Part shown: piece after piece, positions 49,682 through 62,300 of the stretch
Position numbering within the stretch: position 1 is the stretch's first letter
Layout: every line of letters begins with the position of its first letter
NCBI GenBank assembly: GCA_043228905.1
Contig: JBHGNT010000015.1
Coordinates: 5,828,001-5,892,000 of the forward strand
Length of the DNA stretch: 64,000 nucleotides
Direction: 5' to 3'
DNA from: Azolla caroliniana
Lineage: Eukaryota > Plantae > Polypodiophyta
Notes under the pieces: model-generated
Seen by the model: the letters and a program-made list of their open reading frames with translations, nothing else
Databases searched by the model: none
What the model was told of the DNA's origin: nothing
Program-made: the position numbers and the translations under genes

Positions 49682-52628
49682 TTTTGTATCAGCGATATAC
49701 TTTGCCCCTACCACCTCGTCTTTATCTGGGCACTCCCATAAGCCTTTAATCCGCATATTAATGAAACATACTTGCTCCTCGTCCTTCTCCAATGCAATTG
49801 TATTCCGAAATCGTTTCAAGGCGCATGCTGATGTCAATCAGACAACCAATAAGTATATACTTTTGTAGAGCAAAGTCTAAGAATATACCCATGCTAGAAA
49901 ACAAATCTAAAATCCAATCTCCTTCGTTAGAGAACATTTCAATAAGACGCATCATGAGTCGTTGGGGATTCTGGTAATGATTGACTAGACCACGTTTAGT
50001 TGTCGTGAAATGTCGCAATTTCTGCGTAATTTCTGGGTACACTAACAGATTTGAACCTCCGATCTCATTTGAATGTTCCTTAATCCTTTGCTTCTTTATT
50101 CATCATAATAACCAACAATTATGTATTGAATAGCATTGACAAACCAAAAGGCTTGTCCTCTATTAACGTTGGTTTTGATCCTATAAATGACAAAAAGAAA
50201 CCAAAAGACACAGACTTAAGTATTAGTTACATAAATTGACCAGATTGGAAATGCAACCAAAATTGAATTAGTCGTTGTATAAGCCTTACCAAGGAAGGTT
50301 CTCTACACCGGGACAACGAGATCTCAACGCTTGAGCCACAGAATATCCTTGGTCCATAGTATGAAAAACCACTATTCTCCACAAGCTCGTCGTGGTCAAT
50401 TCTACAAAATCCTTCACTATTTTCTCCAATTGTTTGAACCTAAATGGTTCATCATCATAAGAAGATCCAGCCATATGGAATCCGTATGGAATATCTTCAA
50501 TGAGTAAGGTGTACTCCTTCTTTGGCAACTTTTGGATCATCTCCACCATATCACCGCAATACACATTATAAAACAATTCTCGGGTGATATCCTTTTTGTG
50601 GCTGAGCTTCTTGAAAGTTCCGTCATTGTCCACATCGAATGCCTTCACTAAGCATCGGTCCTTTTCTTTCCGTGCTCTTTCACGATGGGCAAGAAACGAA
50701 GTTGGAAAATCATGTATAGCTTTGACTTCTCCAAGCTTCTTGCTACGACATGGTTTCTATGTGAAACAACAACAAAAGTAACTCATACTTATTCTTCAAT
50801 ATGTAATAAAATAGAATGACAAATATCAAATATATAATTCTAACCCAATCCTTAAAAAGAATAAAATATTCCGATAGCGCCTTGTATGAAGACGTAATCA
50901 GATACTCTTCAGTCACTTGTGCCCATGTTAAGCAACCAAGTTGCTTCATCATCACCTCCTGAATTTTCATGTACACCTTGTGACTAGTAAAGCATAAACA
51001 ACCATTAGCACTTATGAATTGAAAGAAGGGAAAACATGTATTCAAAACAAAAGTATTACGCTTACTTGTTGAACTTTGTGACCATTTCTTCTAAGCTTAG
51101 CTCTTTCGCCACGATTCTAGACAAGACGGGCACAAGTAGTTGATCTTCTTTTATACCCTGCATGGCTCTCCATGGTGTCAGCTTCATGTCGTCCGCTTCT
51201 TCCTCGATGGTCAGATCAATCTTTTTTTCCACGGTTGACTTCAACACTAGTTGTGGGTCAACTTTCACTTTTTTTGTCATTGAACTTTCACCTCCTTGTT
51301 TTCCCACATTGTAAAGATCTACTCTTGCAATTCCCAAACAACCCCATCTCTGAAGGCAAGTTGGAAACACGACTTGTACTTCCGAGTACCTTCAGACTTT
51401 ACTGTATCGTCAAAAATGGATCCCAACTTCATGAAGGCATTGACATCGAAGTGATGGAAATATCTTTGGTCCAATTCTCTACTTGACATCTAAGTATTCA
51501 TGGTGAAAAAATCAGATATGCTCTATCGATGACTTTTATTTACGACAGTCGTTGTCATTGTTATGGTCCCAGGCTAACAACTTCGCTTCATCCATCGTTA
51601 GGGACACGTAAATCTTACATGCGGCATACTTAAAGAAGTATGTTCTGGGAAGTTCCCTGACCAACTGCCTTCTTGCTTCTTCTGAGTGTGATCCCCCAAT
51701 GACATAATAGTTGTATTGATCGTGTTTTCTTACGTCAAACTCTTCTAAACACGAACACTTATCATGATCAACCATTACATTAAATGGTACTATTGTTGCA
51801 TGGGAATTAATCTTCATTTTCTTTTTGAGGTTTTGGACATGTAGTTTCTGAGGCTCCCTTATCTCCAATGGTCGACGTCCAGACTTCTCATCGATAGGGG
51901 GGCAATGGATGTGGGTAATGGGGAGGTTAAAGACATGTCCCTTCCGCACTAATTTTTTCTGCATTATATCTCTTTTAATTTTATTCTAGTTCTCTAACTT
52001 TGACAAGTTGGTCAATTTCTTTTTGGATGGCCTTGAGTGCACATGCACCTTTTTAGGTGCAGCCTTTATCGGGGAAGGTAAACACTCCTTTAACGAGACA
52101 TGGCCCTATATGTATGGTCGTAGTGTTGTGATCAGATTATTGGATTGCTCAATCACCAATCTGAATGATTCAGGACCGCACGAGTCCTTCACTAATAAGT
52201 CTTTGCACACCCACAACTTGTCAACTCCCTTCGAGCATTCAACTAGAACCACTAGGGTTTCGGAGTTAGCATCTTCATGGTCCAATCTCAATATTCGGCC
52301 GTAACCAAATGGTGGGTCCTTGGCTAGTTGTCCTTAACCTTTGTTACGAGAGATTATGAGCACAAACTTCGTACTTGAGTCGACATACTAGATGGCCCAC
52401 TCGTGTTCAGTGATGTCTCTATTGGCTAGAGTTTCACCCCCATGAGGAGCTACCAACTTCTCCTGACTCACTTCGTCAGATGCCTGCCTAACAAGGTTAC
52501 CTTCAAATAGGAATTTCTTCCCTTTCTACTTTAACATGAGAGGGGGAACTTTAGAGGTTTCTATCGGAGAGCTTTGATCTTTTAGTCGAATGATCTTCAC
52601 AGGGCACTCATCCTTAGTATCTGTAGAC
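49682..52628 (-). pseudogene. ParB-MTase cargo gene copy 3 (degenerate)
   Basis: YYVIGGSHSEEARRQL, LLIEDIPYG, NHYQNPQRLMMRLIEMFSNEGDWILDLFS; same exon structure. Confidence 0.88.
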
Positions 52629-52832
52629 CTAATGACATAATAAAATAGGGAGACTCAGGAAATGGGCACTAAGAGTTTAAGAAAGATAGGCTATTTGTAT
52701 GCCTAAAACGGGTCATTTGGCTTAAATTTTCCAAAATAACATCTAAAACCTAAAGCTAAAAAGCTTTGATTTTTATGCCCAATCTAGTATTATAGGTCAA
52801 TAAACATGTAAATTGTAGCACATATGTGTACC

Positions 52833-53101
52833 AACTCGATACTTGGTATCGAGTTAGGGCCCCTATGTATACAAACTCGATACTTAGTATCGAGTTTCTC
52901 CACATATGGGCCTGAAATCGATACCAAGTATTGAGTTGGGGCACATGTGTGTACCAACTAAACACCAAGAATAGAGTTAGTAAAAAAATGTTTACCAACT
53001 TGATACCAAGTATCGAGTTCGGTCCCATATGTATACAAACTGGATACTTGGTATCGAGTTCGGGCCCATATGTGGAGCAACTCGATACCAAGTATCGAGT
53101 T
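52833..53101. repeat. Seven degenerate palindromes AACTCGATAC-NNN-GTATCGAGTT, ~41-bp period
   Basis: Units near 52833, 52873, 52915, 52956, 52997, 53037, 53079; same core as the 44575 array. Confidence 0.85.
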
Positions 53102-53129
53102 GGGGATGAGGAGTAGAGCAAATAGATAG

Positions 53130-54522
53130 TGTTAGGAATATGTCCCTCTAGTGGGAGGAGCCAACAGTCGAAGACAAGAGGCAGCCGACTGATCGGATGA
53201 GTCGGTTGATTAGTAAGCCTATTATTAATATTAGATAATAATAGGAATGACAATAGTAGTGGCTACATTTGTAAATAGCCCATACAAGGCATAAGCATAA
53301 ATACACTTAGGGCATAGTGTGGTTGTGCGAACAATTAGTGATCCTATGTTGCAGCGAGCGATAGAGAAGTGTGAGAACGGGAGGAGAGAGAGTGAGCGGG
53401 GCCATAGCTATGTTCTATAACAGCATACGCCAAAAGCCCTACGCAACTGATACACTCGGTGTAGAGAGTGTTCAGCTCTAATCTTGTCATTGTATATCCA
53501 TTGTATAGTGAAGCTCCGTTCTCCGTAGTTTTCTCCCGTTTTAGGGTTTCCATGTAAAATCTGTGTACATTGTTTTCTTGTGTTTCCTAACTGTGTATTT
53601 CAGCTTATTCATTTTCTTGTGGATTGACAATTCATTTCTCTACAAAGTGGTATCAGAGCTGGAGGTGCAAGTATGGAAGGAGGTGTGAGTGGCTTCCCAA
53701 GAATGATAGTTCTAAACTCTCAGAACTACACAGACTGGAAGATAAAGATGGAGGACCTTCGCATAGTCAAAGACTTGTACGACCCGATTGACAAAGCAGA
53801 AATACCCACGGGGATATTAGAGTCGGAATGGAAACTTCTTAACAGAAAGGTGGTGGCCACCATTCGACAATGTGTTGATGTAAGAGTCCTTCAGCATGTG
53901 GCGAACGACAGAAATGCCCATGAGATGTGGCAGATGACGTCAGGTCTATATGAGAGGAAGAAAGCCCTCAATAAAACCTCATTGATGAGAAAGATTGTAC
54001 GGCTAAAATACAGAGACAGTGAGAGCATCATCAAACACATAAGCACATCCATGGGGTATGTAAATCAACTTGTTGCAACCAAGTTTCCCCTTGATGATTC
54101 TATGCACGTCATCCTACTAATGTGCACATTTCTGGATAGCTAGGAGAACCTAGTGGTTACACTCAGCACCTCTTGTCAAGAAGAGAACTTTTCTTTAGAA
54201 GCAGTGAAGACAAGAATCTTGAACGAGGAAGCGAGAAGGAAAAGGCTGTCCTAGTCTAGTCAGAGTCGAATTTGACTCAACATACCGATAGAGGAATGAA
54301 CCGGCAAAGGAGTCCACCAAGGAGAGAAAAGTCTCAAGCTAGGTCAAAGTCTAGATAAAAGCTTGTGTGCTTTTATTGTGGAAAACTTGGACACTTCCAA
54401 AAGGATTGCCGACACATGAGAAAGGACAAAGGTGTCGGTAATGGTATTGAACCAAGGAAAAGTCTTGATGAAAGAGGCACTTCAGTCATCGTTACAAGCA
54501 ATGAAGAACTTTTGTTCATCTA
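53130..54522 (+). mobile_element. Ty1/copia element E (5' LTR 53130-53644, PBS-Met 53648-53659, degenerate gag), interrupted by F
   Basis: TGTTAGG..CTACA, TGGTATCAGAGC, LNSQNYTDWKIKMED, CFYCGKLGHFQKDC. Confidence 0.85.
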
Positions 54523-57500
54523 TGTTGAAGTGGCAAGCTCAACTGGAGCTGGATCGGCTGAATAAGCTTGAGCCGGCAAGCGAGACGGATCGGTAAGCCG
54601 GCAAGCAACAGAGCCGGTGAGCTAGGGAGCCGGTTAGCCGGGTCCAATCGGTAACCGGAAGCTTAGTATTAGTTTAGACTACTAGGCAATTATAGTCTCG
54701 TAGTAAATGTCAGAAGCTCGTGCGAGCATTGAAGTACGTGGTACTTCTGTCAGTCCCATGAGGACTTGTATAAATAGTGCTATTGAGCACAATTGTAAAG
54801 AGAGAGGCATATATCGTTATTGAATATAGCTTTTATGTTCTGCTCTCTCTCTCTCTCCCGCATACTCTGTGTATTCCCTAGTTTCTTTGTTTCTAACGCT
54901 TCCGCAAGTAATCGTTTACATGGTATCAGAGCGCGAGGATTGAGAACCTCCTCTGCAACCGATAAATGCTTGACAACAAACCCTAACAGGTCGTAAAACA
55001 ACAGAGGGAGAATTGATGGATAGAGGGATGGCTAGCTCGCTCCCTGTGGATAAACTCGACAGATCCAACTATGCATCTTGGTCGTATAAGATGCACCAGT
55101 ACCTGCTTGGGCATGGCTACTGGAGTTTCGTCGAAGGAGCCAACGAAACAACACCTGATGCGGCACGTAAGGACTTCCCAGTGTGAGAACAATCCACAAG
55201 CAAAGTGATGTACTGCTTCGCATCCAGTGTCGGAGACCAGCTACTGAGCCACATCCGAGACGCCAAGACGCCGAAGGCGGCTTGGGGGAACCTGAAGAAG
55301 GTGTTCGCCGCGAGCACAACAGACCGGAAGCTGCAACTCCAACAGGAGTTGAGCAATGTCCGACAGAAGGACATGTCGGTGGCAGATTACATGGCTCGAA
55401 TCAAAGAGATCTGTGACTCGCTTGCCTCTATCAACTTTACCATAGAGGAAGACGAGATGGTACAGGTCTGTCTTGGGGGCCTAGCGTCGAAGTTCAGAGC
55501 GTTCCGAACGGCGGTGTGTACAAGGGAGAATACGCGGATGTTGTACACGGAGGCGGATCGGTCCTGTGGGCGTCGTGGACGAGGTGGGTCGGCACGCAAT
55601 GGAGGCGGCCGGCAAGACCAAGAACGAAGGCACAAAGAACGTGCCGACAGCAGTTACGGGACCTCCACAGGCAAGGGGAGTCATGGCGGTGCCGGAGGCC
55701 ATCAAGACAAACCTACAACAGAATGTTGCTACTGTGGCAAAAAGGGCCACAGAGAAAGCGAGTGCTGGAGAAAATGCGCCGATTCGGACAAATCCGGATC
55801 CAGCAAGGCCGACAAGGATGGCCGGCAAAGCTCGCACTACGCGAAGGGATTGGGAGGATCCAAGAACGGTAACAAGCCAGCCTTAGTGATGAAGCACGAG
55901 GCGAACTCAATGAAGAAGACCACTTCCAAATCGGAGGAGGTGTGGTATGTTGATTCTGGTGCGTCGAACCACATGACGAACCACAAAGAGTGGTTCTCCT
56001 TTTTGGAGAAACCGGATCGAGGAAGAGGGCCAGATTATTGTGCAAGAGCGTACAGACGGGAGGATGTTTATCCTCAACACCAATGACGTCGGAACCGCTC
56101 TGTTTGCAAAAGGACAGAAGGTCAAATTGGACATCGACCTGTGGCACAAGAGGATAGGCCACGTCAATTACCGGAGGCTTCAAGACCTGCAAACGAAACA
56201 AGTTGTTTTTGGTTTGCCAAAGTTTAGCGGCCGGAAGGCCCAATTATGTGAAGTCTGTTAACTCGGGAAGCAACACCGGCTTCCATCCCCCATTGAACGT
56301 AACCGGAGCCGTAACAAGCTCGACCTTATCCATTCGGATGTGTGGGGACCGGCGCAGAATGTTAGTCTTGGCGGGAGTCGATATTTCGTCTCCTTCATCG
56401 ACGACTATACATGGCACACATGGATCTACCTCATTGAGCAGAAGACTGAAGTCCTCGAGTGTTTCCAGAGTCTCCAAAGCATCGTGGAACGGGAATTGGA
56501 GAGGAAGATCAAATGCCTGCGGTCGGATGGCGGAAAAGAGTACTTTTCTAGCCAATTCAACAATTATCTGCAGCAAAAGGGAATTCGGCGAGAATTCAGC
56601 TGCAGATACACACCGCAACAGAACAGTGTTGCCGAAAGGAAGAACCGGCCGCTTATCGATGCGGCAAGGGCAAGGCTGGAGGAGAAGAGCATGCCCAAAT
56701 TCTACTGGGCGGAGGCAGTCCGAATGGTTGTCTACATCCAGAACAGGATCGGTGACAAGGTGTCAGCTCACGAGCTGTATTTCGGGCAGAAGCCGAATTT
56801 GAGACACCTTAAGATCTTCGGTAGCATTGCATTTGTGCATGTACCGGATGAGAAGCGAAGGAAGCTGGATGCAAAATCGGAAAAATGCATCCTGGTCGGC
56901 TATGCTCAAGAGCAAAAGGGTTATAAGTGTTATAACCCCTGGACAAAGCAGGTCCAAGTTAGTCGAGATGTCGAGTTTGATGAATCAGCATCGTGGTACT
57001 CCTTACCGACTCCGACTTCGACTTCCGAATCTGACCCGATGTTGGTGGATGAGGCTAGTGATCCTGAACCGGCCCAGGTAGAGGATGATGAAGCGTGGAC
57101 ACAGGATGAGAGTCCGGAATTGTTCTGGTTGAGTGAGCCGAACGAGAGACTGAGTCAATTTGAACAGTCCGATGAGGAACCGGCGAGTAGTGGAGACTCT
57201 GCCATGCACTCCCCGTGCAAGGAACCGAGGAGACGGTTCACGCGCAAAGAGAAGGGGAAGAAGAAGATGCAGGAATTTGAATACAACAACAATGAGTCGG
57301 ATCGATGTACGTCTGACTCCGGCAAGGAGAAAGGCGGATCATCGGCAACGAAGACTGAACCGGCCAAGAAGGGCCTCAAACCAGATAATAGTGAGTTATG
57401 TCGGTCCACCCGCCAGAAGGATCCCGTCAAGCAATACGAGTACAATGAGTACATGTCGCATCACTATGCGTACATGACTAAGGTGGTGGAAGTGCATGAG

Positions 57501-59177
57501 CCAGAGAGCTACGCAGAAGCGGCCAAGGACGCAAATTGGCGTGCCGCTATGGAGGAAGAAATGCGGGCACTTGATGTCAACAAGACATGGGACCTGGTTG
57601 ACCCTCCTCGTCACTGTAAACCAATCAGATGCAAGTGGATATACAAGGTAAAGTACAACGTCGACGGTTCTGTTAACCGGTATAAAGCCCGGTTAGTGGC
57701 GAAAGGATACGCATAGACCCACAAAATCGACTACGAAGAGACCTTCGCTCCTGTAGCGAAGATGACGACGGTTCGTGTGGTGCTGGTGGTTGCTGCAGCA
57801 AGGGGGTGGCATCTTCACCAGATGGATGTGAAGAACGTGTTTCTTCAGGGTGATCTTGAAGAAGAAGTCTTTATGACTCTGCCCCCCGGCTTTGAATCGG
57901 AGATGAACAAGTCGGCGGTATGCCGGCTGAAGAAGTCGTTGTACGGCCTGAAGCAAGCCCCTCGATCTTGGAATGCGAAGATCACACACCGGTTGCGTAA
58001 GATGGGGTTTGTGGCCTCCAAATCGGACTCTTCATTGTTCATCCGGCAAGGCTCAGCCGGTCCGGTATGTATATTGCTGTATGTTGATGATCTAGTCATC
58101 ACCGGACCAGGAGTTCCAGAAATCAACCGCGTCAAGTCCCAGTTGTCGGACGCATTTGAGATGAAGGATCTAGGGGACCTTCATTATTTTCTAGGGATCG
58201 AGGTGATCCGAACCCCGGACGGCATATTCCTCTCACAACGACATTACGTCTTGAATATGTTGTACAAGTTCGGCATGACAGAATGCCGACCTGTCTCCAC
58301 ACCCTTGGACCGGAACCAGAAGCTTCATCCCAACTCCGGACCGGCCTGCAACGAGCAACGGTTCCGACAAATTGTCAGAAGCCTAATTTACCTAACTATC
58401 ACACGCCCTGACATCAGCTATCCGGTCGGAATGATAAGTCAGTTCATGAAGAAGCCGACCATGGAGCACCTTCAGTGCGCGCAAAGGATATTGCGGTACG
58501 TCAACGGCACGAAGGACCGGGACCTGTTATACCGGCACGGTATACCCGAAGAGCTCGTCGGTTACACGGATGCCGACTAGGCCAGGGATGCATCAGATCT
58601 CCGATCAACCTCTGGTTACATGTTTTCCCTAGGTAGCGTGGCTGTTGCGTGGAGCAGCAAAAAGCAGCCAACAGTTGCTCTGTTGAGCACTGAGGCAGAG
58701 TATCGGGGCGCTACCATTGCCACCTATGAAGCCATCTAGCTTCGGCGACTGCTGCAAGACTTACGGATCGAGGTACCAACCCCGATTCTGGTCTACTTCG
58801 ACAACATAAGCAACATGCAACTCGCCAAGAACCCTGTGTTCCATGCTCACACGAAGCACATAGAAGTGCATTATCACTTTGTGCGTGAGCGGGTCCTGAG
58901 CGGTGAAGTTGAACTACGGTATGTTCACACGGATCGGCAAGTAGCCGACATCTTCACCAAGCTGCTCGAATCAGACAAGTTGCAGCACTTCACCGAAATG
59001 CTTGGTGTTCAACATCTCGACGTGCCACACTTGAGGGGGAGAACGGGCAAAGACATCGGAATGGGCAAAGGCAAAGATACTGTCGATTGCGCCGGTGAGG
59101 GAAGAACAGAAGGCGGTAGAATCAAGAAGGACAGAGCCGACCGAAGGAAGAAGCCCAAGACCCGGACATGGTCCGAT
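54523..59177 (+). mobile_element. Ty1/copia element F (B family): 5' LTR 54523-54920, PBS-Met, degenerate gag-pol; 3' end interrupted
   Basis: LTR like 8296-8678; gag, PR, INT, RT (QMDVKNVFLQG, YVDDL) and RNase H motifs with stops and deletions. Confidence 0.92.
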
Positions 59178-59276
59178 TGTTGGGGACAAAGGCCGTCAAT
59201 GCGGAAGATCTAGAAGCATTCGATTGGGGTTTGAATACCTGCGTATGACCTGCGTATGACAGAATCGAAGATCGTG

Positions 59277-59310
<34 letters not shown>

Positions 59311-62300
59311 CACAAAAGACTTTCTATTTCACGGAAACCATCCTGCGCTGTGTCCGGCTCTAACCGGACTGGTTTGTCGTTACGCCCATCTGATGCCGAA
59401 GAGACCAAAAGCGGTCTGCCGAAAGACACTTGGTCATTCCATCTACGACATTGTCGGTTGTGGATATTTTCTCTAGACCGATTTTCCCTGAAATGACGCA
59501 GTCCCGAACGAAGTGATATCGAACGTCGATATGTTTGGAGGCGTTGTGGTGAACCGGATTTTTCGACAAGGCAACAGCACCTTGACTGTCGCTATAGACA
59601 ACTGGAGCCGAGTCATGGTCGACTTGTCGAAACTTGTGCGCCAGCCGGCCGAGCCACAAAGCTTCTTTTGCAGCGTCGGACGCAGCTACATATTCTGCTT
59701 CGGTCGTTGAGGTCGCTGTGCACTCCTAAAGTTTCGACTTCCATGAAATTGCTCCATTGCCGAATTTGAAGCAGTATCCAGTTGTTGATTTCCGACTGTC
59801 TATACAGCCGGCGAAGTCCGAGTCGGTGTAACCGACTACGCCTGAGGTTGAGTTCGGACCGAAAAGAATGCCGTGGTCTTTTGTGCCAGCCAGATATTTG
59901 AACACATGCTTGACTGCGTTCCAATGCGATCGGCCAGGATTGTGCATAAATCTGCTAACGACTCCTACGGCATGAGAAATATCAGGCCGTGTCGCGACCA
60001 TCAGGTACATAAGGGAGCCGACTGCCGGTGCATACGGTACCGACTTCATATCTTCCCCCTCCGGACCGGATGTCGGGCAGTCTCGCTGAGAGAGCTGAAG
60101 ATTCATGGGGAGCGGGGTTGAAGCAGATTTGGCTGATTGCATGTTGAAGCGTTCCAAGACACGTCCGATATAGTCGGTCTGAGACAAAAAAAGATGTCGT
60201 TTATCGCGATGCCGACTAATCTTCATGCCAAGTATGTGTCGTGCCGGACCGAGGTCCTTCATGGCAAACTTCAACCGCAGTTGCCGAATGAGATCGGCAA
60301 GTTCGCCCGCGTGGCGTCCAGAAATTAGCATGTCGTCCACGTAAATGATGAGGAAGATGGGTGATCCATCGTGAGCTGTGTTGGTAAAAAGACAATGGTC
60401 CTCATCGCTTTTTGAGAAGCCGATCGATTGGATGAAGTCGTCGAACTTCTTGTACCATTGTCGCGGTGCCTGTTTGAGGCCGTATAGACTCTTCCTGAGT
60501 CGGCAGACTAGATGTTCTTGGCCAGTTGCCACGAAGCCTTTTGGCTGCTCCATATAAATTTCCTCTTCAAGATCACCATGGAGGAAGGCTGTTTTGACAT
60601 CTAGCTGAATCAGCTCCAAGTTGTCGGCTGCCACTACGCCGAGTAGAAAACGAAGGGTTGTCATTTTCACCACTGGTGAAAAAATCTCGTCGAAGTCGAC
60701 GCCATATTCTTGTCGGAAGCCCTTCGCAACTAATCTGGCCTTGTACTTTGGGGTGGTTGAATCAGACGTCTCTTTTAGTCGATAAACCCACTTGCAAGGA
60801 AGAGCACGTCGATTCTTAGGTAGTTCGACCAGATCCCAAGTCTTGTTTGCCCGAATGGAGTGCATTTCCGACTCCATCGCCAGATGCCAGGTGGCTGAAT
60901 CGACAGATGTCGATGCTTCTTCGTAAGACGTCGGTTCGCCGGCGTCGGTGAAGAAAATTCCAGGAGAATACCTCTCCGGAGGTTGCGACAGTCTCTCGGA
61001 TCGTCGAGGTATGATTGGACTGGTCGCATCGGGTATCGAGGTCGGATGGTCCGAAAGCGAATTATTCTGCTGTGCCGAGTCAGAGTTGTCCGAGTCGGTG
61101 GTGTAAGGTTCAGCTACCCGTGAAGCTGACCGTGTGTTAAGAGCGGGGCCTTCTTGAAGGGTCGGCACATCAGAAAATGTTACCCTTCGGACTTCGATCG
61201 GTTTTTCGACTGATGGATTCATAGCCGACTCGTTGAACACAACGTCCGAACTTCGAACGATTTGTCTGCGTTCGGGGTCCCAGAGTCGGTACCCCATTTC
61301 GCCGTCGGATCCATATCCAAGGAAAATGCATTTCCTGGACCGAGGTGCAAGTTTTCGGCGATCATCTTTCGGAATAAGGGCGTATGCCTCGCATCCGAAG
61401 ATCCTCAGCTTGTCGTAATTCGGCTTACTGCCGATCCATAGTTCCTGAGGAATTTGAAGTCCTAGAGGTCTGCTTGGCGACATATTGATTATGTGTACTG
61501 CCGTGAGTAGAGCCTCTGCCCAGAAGCCATCCGACAGTCCGGAGTGTTGGAGCATGGAAACTATCCGTTCTTGGATTGTCCGATTCATGCGTTCTGCAAT
61601 CCCGTTTTGCTCCGGACTGTGTGGTGCCGTAAATTCACGTCGGATGCCGCGTTGTCGGCAGAATTTGACGAATTCTTCTTATTTGAACTCTCCCCCATTG
61701 TCGGTCCGAAAGCATTTCAGTTTTCAGTCAGTTTGATTTTCTACCATCGCGAGCCAATCGGAGAAGACCGAGAAGACACGATCTTTGGTGCGAATTGGAT
61801 AAGCCCACACCTTTCGAGTCGAATCGTCAATAAAACTGATGCGGCATTGGGCCACAGACGTCCGAGTGGACTAAATCGAGAGGTCTCGTTTCTCTTGGTG
61901 CTGATGTCGGGTGTGATGCGGCTGCTTGTTTGCCATACTGGCAATGTTCGCAGAATTGATGGTCGGAGAAGGAGAGTTTAGGGATGTATCCGGCTCTAGA
62001 TAGGTGCGTAATGCCGGCCTTGCTGAGGTGTCCTAATCTTCTGTGCCATAGTGATGACACAGGAATATCCACCAAAAACAGGTTACCCTCTCTGAGCGTA
62101 ACATGTAACGGATACAGTGAGTGTATCTTGGGTCCTCTAGCAAGCAGGAGGTTCCCCCTGTGGAGTGTCCACCCTCCCGAAGAGAAACCGGCACGAATGC
62201 CGTCTTCATCTAGTTGTCCGACTGAGATCAATGGCCTTGAGAGCTCGGGTACATGTCGGACATTGTGAAGTACAAGTGTAGAGCCACCTGCAAGGTTGAG

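Larger units (their letters stand above)
28461..53129 (-). mobile_element. Older MTase-carrying TIR DNA transposon (copy 3): right TIR at 28461, interrupted by the 28716-39712 and 40551-49681 elements and by a copia LTR at 53130
   Basis: AACACGTTCGCGTTCAGAAGTGGAAGGATCGCGCATTCCACT matches the right end of the 40551-49681 element, with subterminal homology (GTGTCACATGTTCGTCAAC); same orientation as MTase copy 3. Confidence 0.75.
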
